Source: Oculatellaceae cyanobacterium bins.114 (lineage in GTDB: Bacteria; Cyanobacteriota; Cyanobacteriia; Elainellales; Elainellaceae). Taken from it: a stretch of 40,308 nucleotides of DNA. The DNA lies in contig JANRJA010000119.1 in NCBI GenBank assembly GCA_033764315.1, positions 1-40,308 on the forward strand, given 5' to 3'. The notes beneath the pieces were generated by a model. It saw nothing but the letters and a program-made list of their open reading frames with translations, did no database searches and was not told the DNA's origin. The position numbers and the translations under genes were made by a program. Shown in pieces: positions 27,601 through 36,316 of this stretch. Position 1 is the first letter of the stretch; each line of letters begins with the position of its first letter.

Positions 27601-28107
27601 ATGCCATACACCATCCCCGATCTCAACAAGATGAACCAGACCGACTTTGTTACGGCGATCGGAGATGTGTTTGAACATACCCCCGCGATCGCCGCTGTTG
27701 CCTGGAGCCAACGTCCTTTTACTGATGTCACCCATCTCCATCAAACACTCGTGGCAGTCATGCAAAGTCTCGATCTAGCCGAGCAGTTAGCCTTGATTCA
27801 GGCGCACCCCGACCTGGGGAGCAAGGCAAAGATGGCAGAAGCCTCGGTTCAAGAGCAAATTGGAGCCGGGTTAAAGCAACTCTCTGCCGATGAATATGAA
27901 CGGTTTTTGCACCTCAATCAGTCTTATAAAGACAAGTTTGGGTTTCCGTTTATCATTGCCGTCAAACATCACACCAAAGCCAGCATCTTAGATGAATTTG
28001 ATCGCCGTTTACTGAACTCAACTGAGGCAGAAATGCAGCAAGCGATCGCTGAAATCGCTGAAATCGCTCGTTTTCGGCTCTTGGAGCGGGTGGCATCTCA
28101 ACCATAA
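27601..28107 (+). CDS. uraD: OHCU decarboxylase
   Basis: FEH, AHPDLG, SVQEQ..AGL, Y..KFGFPFIIAV, IARFRL. Confidence 0.95.
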   Translation: MPYTIPDLNKMNQTDFVTAIGDVFEHTPAIAAVAWSQRPFTDVTHLHQTLVAVMQSLDLAEQLALIQAHPDLGSKAKMAEASVQEQIGAGLKQLSADEYERFLHLNQSYKDKFGFPFIIAVKHHTKASILDEFDRRLLNSTEAEMQQAIAEIAEIARFRLLERVASQP

Positions 28108-28231
28108 TGATTGCGTCTAAAAAAGCAGCATTGGCGACTCCTCAGCCAAACGCTACAAAACCAAAACCTGCCTCCGCAAGCTACAGAAAGCCTGGATTGG
28201 CTTGAATCTGCAACCGCAGACTTTGTTTTTG

Positions 28232-28665
28232 GGCGTTGCTGAATGCAAGTATGATTTCCCTCCTCGTGAAGCCTACTGTGTACACAGATCTCTGCTTCCT
28301 TCCAAATTAGGTGTAGGGTTGTTGCAAACATGTGACAATCAGGCATTGGGGGAGTCTCCCCCAAACCCCCATTGGGGGACGCCACTGCCTCCCCCAAACC
28401 CTCTAGCAGACAGTACTTGGATTCACTCAAAGACTCGCTTCGCATCGGTTCCAAATTCGGGTGTTTTGGGTGGGGGCAAGACCCTTGGCAAAGGCTCGAA
28501 GCCCTCCAAAGTTAGGGGATTTAGGAGGCTGATAGGACTTGTATGTACAAGGTAGTCCGCGAATCGAGGCAAAAGAGAAAGGCTCTAGAATCCGGTTCCC
28601 TCCCCCGTTGGGAGAGGGTTAGGGTGAGGGCGGCTCGGCAATTCATATCTCCGTTCAGCAACACT
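28232..28665. mobile_element. MITE with GGCGTTGCTGAA ends and an 8-bp target-site duplication
   Basis: Left GGCGTTGCTGAATGCAAGTATGA versus reverse-complemented right AGTGTTGCTGAACGGAGATATGA; TGTTTTTG at 28224-28231 and 28666-28673. Confidence 0.8.
28273..28555. mobile_element. Inner MITE with CTAC.GTGTACACA ends
   Basis: CTACTGTGTACACA ... TATGTACAAGGTAG; related end at 19925. Confidence 0.7.
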
Positions 28666-28816
28666 TGTTTTTGTAGTCATGGTTTTAGTGGTTTTAACCG
28701 CCACATCTTTATCCCAAACTCACGTTAATCTACACCTGATCTAGTCATTACCCACCAAATTCAGTTTCCAATTCACGCTTAAATAGGTAAGGTCTGTTCA
28801 ACATCCCTTATTATTT

Positions 28817-30445
28817 GTGACTGAGTCAAACAAACCCTCTCGCTCTCTCGCTGGCATTGCCGGAATTGTCGCGATCGCCACCCTGGTGAGCAAAATTTTT
28901 GGACTAGTGCGTCAACAAGCGATCGCCGCCGCTTTTGGGGTAGGTGCCGCCGCAGATGCCTACAACTATGCCTATGTGATTCCAGGGTTTTTGCTGGTGT
29001 TGCTGGGAGGCATCAACGGTCCCTTTCACAGTGCGATCGTCAGTGTCGTTGCCAAACGCCGCAGAGAAGACATTGCCCCCCTGGTAGAAACCATTACTAC
29101 GCTGGTGGGTGCAGTGTTGCTGGTCGTCACGGTGGTGCTGATTGTGTTTGCAGAACCACTAGTAGATCTGGTCGCACCCGGTTTGGGGCGATCGCCAGAG
29201 GGCTTAAATATTCGAGCGATCGCCATTCAGCAGTTTCGCATCATGTCACCGATGGCACTGCTAGCGGGTCTGATTGGCATTGGCTTTGGCACGTTGAATG
29301 CCGCCGACCACTACTGGCTTCCTTCCATTAGTCCCCTGTTTTCTAGTGTGACGGTGTTGATTGGGTTGGGGGTTTTAGCGATACAACTGGGTGGCAACAT
29401 CACCAATCCTGAATATGCTCTGTTGGGGGGCTTGGTGCTCGCCTGGGGCACGTTAGCCGGAGCCGTATTGCAATGGCTGGTACAAGTGCCTGCCCAATGG
29501 AAAGCGGGGTTAGGCAAGTTGCGATTGCGGTTTGACTTCAACCAACCTGCAATTCGTGAAGTCACCAAAATCATGGGACCCGCAACCCTCTCATCGGGGA
29601 TGATGCAAATCAACGTTTACACGGCTCTGTTTTTTGCATCCTTTATCCCTCAAGCGGCAGCGGCTCTGGGATATGCCAATCTTTTGGTACAAACCCCATT
29701 GGGGATTATCTCCAACGTCATTCTGGTTCCCTTGTTGCCGATCTTTTCACGGTTAGCCGCACCTGAACATTGGCCGGAGTTAAAAGGACGCATTCGCCAG
29801 GGATTAATTTTAACGGCTGTAACCATGTTGCCGTTGAGTGCGTTGATGATTACCCTCGCCTTTCCGATTGTGCGGGTGGTCTATGAGCGGTTTGCCTTTA
29901 ACGAAGATGCCTCACAACTGGTCACTTCCGTGCTCATCGCCTACGGCATTGGCATGTTCTTCTATTTAGGACGGGACGTTATTGTGCGCGTCTTTTATGG
30001 GTTAGGGGATGGCGATACTCCGTTTAAGGTCAGTGTCATTAACATTTTTCTTAATGCGCTGCTCTGCTATCTGTTTGTCGGGCCGTTTGGGGCACCGGGT
30101 CTAGTCTTTGCTACCGTTGGTGTCAACTTCTTCTCAATGGTGATGTTGTTGGTTTTGCTCGATCGCCGTTTGAATGGATTGCCGTGGCGCGAGTGGCTCA
30201 TTCCCACCGCTGGACTCACCCTCAGCAGCGCGATCGCTGGAGTTGCCTGCTGGGGCACATTGCAAGGCTGTGAAAAGCTGCTAGGCACCGAAGGGTTGCT
30301 GATTCAACTGACTCAACTCGTTGTAGCAGGCTCAGTTGGGGTGATTGTTTTTGCCTTGTGTGCGCTGCAATTGCGGTTACCAGAAGTCGAACAGGTGGGC
30401 GATCGCCTCCGTCAACGGTTCTTTAGAAGCCGCAATGGAAACTGA
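28817..30445 (+). CDS. murJ: Lipid II flippase MurJ (MviN)
   Basis: SKIFGLVR..IAAAFG..ADAY, GGINGPFHSA, many TM helices, RVFYGLGDGDTPF. Confidence 0.95.
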   Translation: MTESNKPSRSLAGIAGIVAIATLVSKIFGLVRQQAIAAAFGVGAAADAYNYAYVIPGFLLVLLGGINGPFHSAIVSVVAKRRREDIAPLVETITTLVGAVLLVVTVVLIVFAEPLVDLVAPGLGRSPEGLNIRAIAIQQFRIMSPMALLAGLIGIGFGTLNAADHYWLPSISPLFSSVTVLIGLGVLAIQLGGNITNPEYALLGGLVLAWGTLAGAVLQWLVQVPAQWKAGLGKLRLRFDFNQPAIREVTKIMGPATLSSGMMQINVYTALFFASFIPQAAAALGYANLLVQTPLGIISNVILVPLLPIFSRLAAPEHWPELKGRIRQGLILTAVTMLPLSALMITLAFPIVRVVYERFAFNEDASQLVTSVLIAYGIGMFFYLGRDVIVRVFYGLGDGDTPFKVSVINIFLNALLCYLFVGPFGAPGLVFATVGVNFFSMVMLLVLLDRRLNGLPWREWLIPTAGLTLSSAIAGVACWGTLQGCEKLLGTEGLLIQLTQLVVAGSVGVIVFALCALQLRLPEVEQVGDRLRQRFFRSRNGN

Positions 30446-30586
30446 TCCTGGCTGAAAGAGGCGCGATTAATTGCGTCTATTCTGTTGAAGGCTTGAACAA
30501 GAAAAAAGGGGCTGTACAAGACACCCCCAGGAGACAGTTTTTCCCAAGGCTTAGCTGTACTAAGCCTTGGCAACTCAAGCTCTGGT

Positions 30587-31939
30587 CTAGACGGTGACAG
30601 GCACCTTTGCCCCAAAATAGGCATCTTGCTCTGCCCGTAGCTTGTCACACAAGCGTCCTTCAGGAATTTCTACGTCGTCATAGGTGAGTGCTTGATCTTT
30701 AGCGATATCCCGCTTCAGGCGGCAACCCTCGGCTAAACCGATGGGCAGCAAACGCTCTGCTTGAGTGATTTCAGCCTTTTCACACTCTCCATAGGTCATG
30801 TAATAGCCCAAGCCGTCCAGGGTTTCGCCTGCTTTGAGATCGATCTTAGCCATCGTAATGACATCTACCTTGGGTCCGGCGATCGGAGCCATCACCGCGT
30901 CCTTAAAGAGCACCACCCGTGCAACGGATAGGGGCACTTCAAAGTGGCAGAGGTGATAGGGAGTGTAGAAGCTGTAGAGCGGGCCAGTACCCAACTTATA
31001 AAGGTTGAGGTAGTGCTGTTGTTTGGGGTCGTCATGCGTACCAAACACATATACCCCAGGGCCGGGACGAACCCCGACGACGTAATCAACAATGCCACCC
31101 AACTCCTTCAGTTCATCGACATCATACAGTTTGGTGCAGTCGTCGATGTGACCGGTGTAGTTGAGGTTAAACTTCTCGATTAACTCGTCTTTGTGGCGGT
31201 TAAAGTCATAGCCATACATGCCCCGTTTGGCAACCGTCATGCCTGTGGCGTTAGCGACGATCGCCTGTTCAAAGGAGATCTTGGTGCCATCGGCAAAACT
31301 CGTCACCATGTGGGCTTTTTGTCCCCACTGTTTGGCGAAACCCTCTTGGGTGGTGGGGTTGCGGTAAGGGTCTTGCAGACCTTTGATATTGCCGCAGAGC
31401 AGGGGGGTAACGCCAATGCTCTTGACAAACCGATAGAGGTTCATCTGCACACCGGGTTGGTCGCCATCGCACGCCGAGAGCACAACTCCCGCTTTGTCAG
31501 CATAGACTTTGAGGATGGGGCCAATGGTGCCGTCGAGTTCAGCATTCATCAAGACCACATGCTTTTTGTGGGCGATCGCCTCTAGCACCACCTGAGCACC
31601 AAACTCGATCGCGCCTGTCACTTCCACGATCGCGTCAATGCCCTCAGCCTGACAGATCAGCATCGCATCATCGGTAACGGCATATTTGCCTTGGGCGATC
31701 GCCGCTTCTAATTCACCAACGGTTTTGACTTCGCGCACATCCTCAACACCCGCCTCGGTATAAGCACGCTTTGCCCCATCAATGCTGCGATTGAAAATCG
31801 CCACCAATTCCATTCCCGGAACCGAGTTGACAATCTGATTACAGATGCCTCGTCCCATAAAGCCAGCACCGATCATGCCGACCCGCACCGGATTTCCCGC
31901 TTCAGCACGGGCTTTTAACGCTGTATCAACAATAAACAT
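30587..31939 (-). CDS. NAD(P)-dependent oxidoreductase with C-terminal SAF domain (homoserine-dehydrogenase-like, StrU-like)
   Basis: Rossmann GAGFMG; NAELDGTIGP, GDQPG, DGTK, PYHLCHFE; SAF tail AKIDLKAGETLDG..LPIGL..LTYDDV. Confidence 0.85.
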   Translation of the reverse strand: MFIVDTALKARAEAGNPVRVGMIGAGFMGRGICNQIVNSVPGMELVAIFNRSIDGAKRAYTEAGVEDVREVKTVGELEAAIAQGKYAVTDDAMLICQAEGIDAIVEVTGAIEFGAQVVLEAIAHKKHVVLMNAELDGTIGPILKVYADKAGVVLSACDGDQPGVQMNLYRFVKSIGVTPLLCGNIKGLQDPYRNPTTQEGFAKQWGQKAHMVTSFADGTKISFEQAIVANATGMTVAKRGMYGYDFNRHKDELIEKFNLNYTGHIDDCTKLYDVDELKELGGIVDYVVGVRPGPGVYVFGTHDDPKQQHYLNLYKLGTGPLYSFYTPYHLCHFEVPLSVARVVLFKDAVMAPIAGPKVDVITMAKIDLKAGETLDGLGYYMTYGECEKAEITQAERLLPIGLAEGCRLKRDIAKDQALTYDDVEIPEGRLCDKLRAEQDAYFGAKVPVTV

Positions 31940-31941
31940 GA

Positions 31942-32487
31942 TTAAACTCCTACTTTGGCGGGTTCAAACGGTGCCCAGGCTGCATCTTTATCAGAAATCA
32001 CAGCAACAGGCATAGGCCACTCAATGTTAAAGGCAGGGTCATCATAGCGAATCCCACGCTCATAGCCAGGAGTGTAAAATTCACCCACTTGATAACCCAC
32101 TTCTGCGCCATCGGTCAGTGCCAGATAACCATGAGCAAACAACTCAGGCACATAGAGTGCTCGACGATTATCTTCGGTCAACTCTACCCCGATGTATTCC
32201 ATATAGGTAGGAGAGTCAGGTCGCAGGTCAATAATGACATCGTAGATCGCACCACGAGTACACCGCACTAGCTTGGTTTCTGCCGCCGGAGGAATCTGGT
32301 AATGCATTCCCCGCATCGTGCCTGCTTTGTGGTTAAATGACAGGTTGCATTGCGCCACGGTGGGCTTTAGCCCGTGAGCTTCAAACTCGTTAGCACAAAA
32401 AGTGCGGGCAAAGAAACCGCGACTGTCTTCCCGGTGCTCTAGATCCAAAATAAAAGCACCTTTGAGTTTGGTTTCAGTAAAAATCAT
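31942..32487 (-). CDS. rfbC: NDP-4-keto-sugar 3,5-epimerase (RmlC/RfbC cupin, StrX-like)
   Basis: DSRGFF, RGMHYQ, ETKLVRC, DLRPDSPT, AHG, Y; 4-bp overlap with the upstream gene. Confidence 0.9.
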   Translation of the reverse strand: MIFTETKLKGAFILDLEHREDSRGFFARTFCANEFEAHGLKPTVAQCNLSFNHKAGTMRGMHYQIPPAAETKLVRCTRGAIYDVIIDLRPDSPTYMEYIGVELTEDNRRALYVPELFAHGYLALTDGAEVGYQVGEFYTPGYERGIRYDDPAFNIEWPMPVAVISDKDAAWAPFEPAKVGV

Positions 32488-33512
32488 GGCTTGCTCCAGA
32501 AGAAGTCTTTATCAATTTGTTGAGTGCGAATCAAGTATTCCAACTGTTTCAGACGAGTGAATCCTCTTGATTCAAACACGTCTTTGGTCATGTCAATCTG
32601 TTGGAACAACTTGTAGAGTTGCTCTGCGCCCCGACGAGCATTCCAATCGCACTTAAAGCCCGGTAGTTGAGTGTTGATCTTCTCAAACGAAACGCGGTAG
32701 CTGCGGTTGTCAGCCCCTTGATCGCCAAAACTCAAAGCACAATCTGGAAACACATCAGCGATGATTTCTGCAACTTCTTTAACGCGATAGTTGTTAGCCG
32801 TATCACCCACGTTAAACACTTGATTGTGAATGATGTCACGCGGTGCTTCTAACACACACAACAAGGCTTTAGCGATATCCAGCGCATGCACCAGGGGTCG
32901 CCAGGGTGTGCCATCGCTGATCATTTTGATTTCTTTGGTTGTCCAGGCAAGACCCGACAAGTTGTTCAACACGATGTCAAAGCGCATCCGGGGAGAAGCC
33001 CCAAAGGCAGTCGCATTGCGCATGAAGGTGGGCGAGAAGTTGTCGTCTGCCATGGGTTTAACGTCGCGTTCCACCAGCGTTTTGCACTCGGCGTAGGCAG
33101 TCTGAGGGTTGACAGCAGATTCCTCGGTGACATCCCCTTCCGTTGCAACGCCATACACGCTGCAAGAGGACATATAGACAAAGCGAGGCACTCCCGCTTG
33201 TTTGGCGAGTTCTGCTAACCGCACAGAGCCTTTGTGGTTGATGTCGTAGGTGATGGTGGGAGACAACTGCCCAGTGGGGTCGTTGGATAGCTCCGCCATG
33301 TGAACGATCGCATCAACCCCTGCTAAATCTTCAACCGCAATTTCACGAATGTCTTTGTTGAGAGTTTTAGGAGTGCGATCGGTGGCGTTATAGAGCCAAC
33401 CCACCTTATAGAAACCTGTATCAACACCAATCACATCGTGTCCGTGCTCCATTAAAAGAGGAGCAAAAAGAGAGCCAAGATAGCCTTCTGTTCCAGTTAC
33501 TAATACTTTCAT
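32484..33512 (-). CDS. NAD-dependent extended SDR nucleotide-sugar epimerase/dehydrogenase (StrP-like)
   Basis: TGTEGYLG, SNDP, SSCSVYG, YAECK, DGTPWRP. Confidence 0.9.
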   Translation of the reverse strand: MKVLVTGTEGYLGSLFAPLLMEHGHDVIGVDTGFYKVGWLYNATDRTPKTLNKDIREIAVEDLAGVDAIVHMAELSNDPTGQLSPTITYDINHKGSVRLAELAKQAGVPRFVYMSSCSVYGVATEGDVTEESAVNPQTAYAECKTLVERDVKPMADDNFSPTFMRNATAFGASPRMRFDIVLNNLSGLAWTTKEIKMISDGTPWRPLVHALDIAKALLCVLEAPRDIIHNQVFNVGDTANNYRVKEVAEIIADVFPDCALSFGDQGADNRSYRVSFEKINTQLPGFKCDWNARRGAEQLYKLFQQIDMTKDVFESRGFTRLKQLEYLIRTQQIDKDFFWSKP

Positions 33513-33520
33513 GGGTATTC

Positions 33521-34732
33521 CTATACAAATGCAGGTTTTAGATGATCAGGAGCGGGAACTTTCTCTACAACTGCTTTACCAATCTCTAACGAAGAGGTGG
33601 CAGCAGGAGAGGGAGCGTTACACACATGGATGGAGTTTTCTCCTTCAACAATTAAGAAATCATCGACTAATTTGCCATCGTTCATCAGTGCTTGTGCCCG
33701 CACTCCAGCGTGAGTTGGAATCACATCTTCAGAACGGACTTCCGGAATTAAACGCTGCAAGCTTTGAACGAATGCCGCTTTACTAAAGGAGCGAACAATC
33801 TCCTTGAAGCCCTCGTCATAATGTTTCGCCGCTAATTTCCAAAATCCGGGATAGGTCATGACTTCTGCGAAGTCACGCAGGTCAATGTCGGTTTTATGAT
33901 AGCCTTCCCGCTTGAGACTCAGAACCGCATTTGGGCCCGCGTGAACGGTGCCATCGATCATGCGGGTAAAGTGAACCCCCAAGAATGGAAAGTCGGGATT
34001 AGGAACAGGATAAATTAGGCCCTTGACTAAATGCCGTTTTTCAGGAACCAGTTCGTAATATTCTCCTCGGAAGGGGACGATTTTGGCTTCTGGATCGACG
34101 TTGTTGAGTTTGGCAACGCGATCGCTGTGTAGCCCTGCACAATTGATCACAAAGCGAGTCTCAAAGTCACCATTGGTTGTCTCTAACACCTGTCCTTTAG
34201 AGGTTTTGACAATTCTCAGAACCTTGGTGTTGAGGCGCAGGTCACCCCCGTGTTCACGAATCAAGTCAGCATATTTTTGGCAGACCTTCTTGTAATCTGC
34301 GATACCCGTAGACTCGACATGAATCCCGGCGATCGCACTCACATGAGGCTCATACTCCAACACCTCTTCACCCGTAATTCGGCGCACCGGAATGCCATTT
34401 TGTAGCCCCCGTTGAAACAAATTTTCGAGGAGGGGCAACTCCTTTTCTTGAGTGGCAATAATCACCTTGCCACACACTTCATGGGGAATATTGTATTCCT
34501 GGCAAAACGCCACCATCGACTGGCAACCATCACGGCAAAACTTTGCCTTAAAGCTACCTGGTTTGTAATAGACCCCAGAGTGAATCACCCCACTGTTATT
34601 GCCAGTTTGGTGAAACGCCCAGCGACTTTCTTTTTCAAGCACTAGAATTTTGGCATCAGGATAACGCCGACCCAGTGCCATTCCGGTGGAGAGGCCAACA
34701 ATGCCACCACCAATAATTGCAAAATCGTACAT
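33521..34732 (-). CDS. lhgO: L-2-hydroxyglutarate oxidase
   Basis: GGGIVG, HQTGNNSGVIHSG, PFRGEYY, FPFLGVHFT, GPNA, AGVRAQA, NAPSPAATSS. Confidence 0.92.
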   Translation of the reverse strand: MYDFAIIGGGIVGLSTGMALGRRYPDAKILVLEKESRWAFHQTGNNSGVIHSGVYYKPGSFKAKFCRDGCQSMVAFCQEYNIPHEVCGKVIIATQEKELPLLENLFQRGLQNGIPVRRITGEEVLEYEPHVSAIAGIHVESTGIADYKKVCQKYADLIREHGGDLRLNTKVLRIVKTSKGQVLETTNGDFETRFVINCAGLHSDRVAKLNNVDPEAKIVPFRGEYYELVPEKRHLVKGLIYPVPNPDFPFLGVHFTRMIDGTVHAGPNAVLSLKREGYHKTDIDLRDFAEVMTYPGFWKLAAKHYDEGFKEIVRSFSKAAFVQSLQRLIPEVRSEDVIPTHAGVRAQALMNDGKLVDDFLIVEGENSIHVCNAPSPAATSSLEIGKAVVEKVPAPDHLKPAFV

Positions 34733-34863
34733 AGCTGTCCTGCTTGATTTGAATATTGAATTAATTTGGCTCTCTACTGGTTAACCCGACGATTCGAGTA
34801 AAACATCAGGGAAATCCCTGAGTAGCTAGGGCGTGAGCCACCCATTATTATTCCCGCTCAGTC

Positions 34864-35640
34864 TTACTGCCACACCTTCCAGGGAGCTTTATTACCTTGC
34901 CACAGCCCTTCTAAATAGTTTTTGTCCTTCAGCGTATCCATAGGTTGCCAAAAGCCATCGTGCTTAAAGGCAGAGAGATGACCATCATGAGCCAACTTCT
35001 GAAGAGGCTCTTGTTCCCAAATTGTGGAATCATCTGCAATGTAGTTAATCACCTCTGGCTCTAGCACAAAATAGCCCCCATTAATCCAGGCTCCATCTCC
35101 ACCGGGTTTTTCATGGAAGCTTTCAATTTTGGTTTGCTCTTGTCCTAGAGAAATGGCTCCAAAACGACCAGGAGGTTGAACCGCCGTTAACGTGGCTAAC
35201 CCACCTTGAGTTTTGTGAAATTCGACTAATTTCGTAATATCAACATTGCTTACACCATCTCCGTAGGTAAAGCAAAAGGTTTCGTTGCCAATGTGCTCAC
35301 GCACCCGCTTTAAGCGGCCTCCAGTGAGCGTAGATTCACCCGTATCTACCAGCGTTACGCGCCACGGCTCAGCATAACCAGAGTGAATATTCATTTGATT
35401 AAATCGCATATCAAATGTGACATCTGACATACGCAAGAAGTAATTCGCAAAATACTCCTTGATGACGTAACCTTTGTAGCCACAACAGATAATGAAATCG
35501 TTAACTCCGTGGGCAGAATAAATTTTCATGATGTGCCAAAGAATGGGCTGTCCACCGACTTCAACCATTGGCTTTGGTTTAATAGTAGTCTCCTCGCTCA
35601 GGCGAGTTCCCAGTCCTCCAGCCAAAATTACTGCTTTCAT
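34864..35640 (-). CDS. rfbF: Glucose-1-phosphate cytidylyltransferase (StrQ-like)
   Basis: [56 protein letters not shown]. Confidence 0.95.
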   Translation of the reverse strand: MKAVILAGGLGTRLSEETTIKPKPMVEVGGQPILWHIMKIYSAHGVNDFIICCGYKGYVIKEYFANYFLRMSDVTFDMRFNQMNIHSGYAEPWRVTLVDTGESTLTGGRLKRVREHIGNETFCFTYGDGVSNVDITKLVEFHKTQGGLATLTAVQPPGRFGAISLGQEQTKIESFHEKPGGDGAWINGGYFVLEPEVINYIADDSTIWEQEPLQKLAHDGHLSAFKHDGFWQPMDTLKDKNYLEGLWQGNKAPWKVWQ

Positions 35641-36316
35641 GCGATTAACCTCATGGCTCACAAAGGGGTCAGAATCATTACTGATCTACAGTGAGGTTAG
35701 CAAGAACTTCAAAGATAGGCTATGAAGTCCCAGTGAATAAACTGATTATCTATGTAAAAACTGCATGAAAGCTCTTGATCAGAGGCTGAAAGATAAATAG
35801 GACTGATTTAACAGTAGAACCGCAGGATTGAAGCAACAGTTGGCGAACAAGTTGCAAAGCGATGGTGCACATATGACCGAGATCACCATCACTTTACTTA
35901 AGCTTTACAGATTTGGTAACAAAAATAGCAAATGTATAAAGAGTGCATAAAACAAATTCTTGCCCTATAGATTTCTTTTCTGCGTATTCGTTACTGTAGG
36001 ACTCACTGATGCGTGACTTTACGCAGAGATTATTTTTCTCATGATCGTGAGTAATAGCTCAATGTAGACAATGTGTTTTCACTGTCTTAACTGAGTTCAA
36101 TCTAGGTTCTCTCAGGTTTATATTCTAATTTTCATCCAAGGGTTGCTTCTCATTTCTGAGGTAGTACTAATCAGGATGATTTAAGTCACAGTTTCAGGGT
36201 GGTTGAACGTTGGTTCCCAATCCAGCTTTAGGCTTTGGGCTGCTGTCTCATAGCAGTCTAAAACTTGACTCTGAAAATTCGATCGTGTTGTGCAGAGTTA
36301 GAAGTGGATTTACATT

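Larger units (their letters stand above)
28150..28726. mobile_element. Outer MITE of the 12423-12585 family, interrupted by nested insertions; left end degenerate
   Basis: 28151-28231 and 28673-28726 align with the middle and right end of 12423-12585 (GCTA..GCCT(C/T)CGC..CTACAGA and GTGGTTT(C/T)AACCGCCA..TTATCCC(A/G)AA(C/T)TCACGTTAAT). Confidence 0.65.

Noticed and set aside
28098-28728. ORFs 28098-28454, 28202-28555 and 28543-28728
   Set aside because: They lie in nested MITE DNA and show no protein-like motifs.
30587-31939. Annotation as a true homoserine dehydrogenase
   Set aside because: It has a SAF rather than ACT C-terminus and sits in a nucleotide-sugar operon.
35641-36316. Possible riboswitch or sRNA in the long divergent intergenic region (hairpin near 36240-36260; GGTAGTACT resembling a SigJ-type -10)
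   Set aside because: No recognisable riboswitch consensus; the motif match is short and imperfect and needs TSS data.
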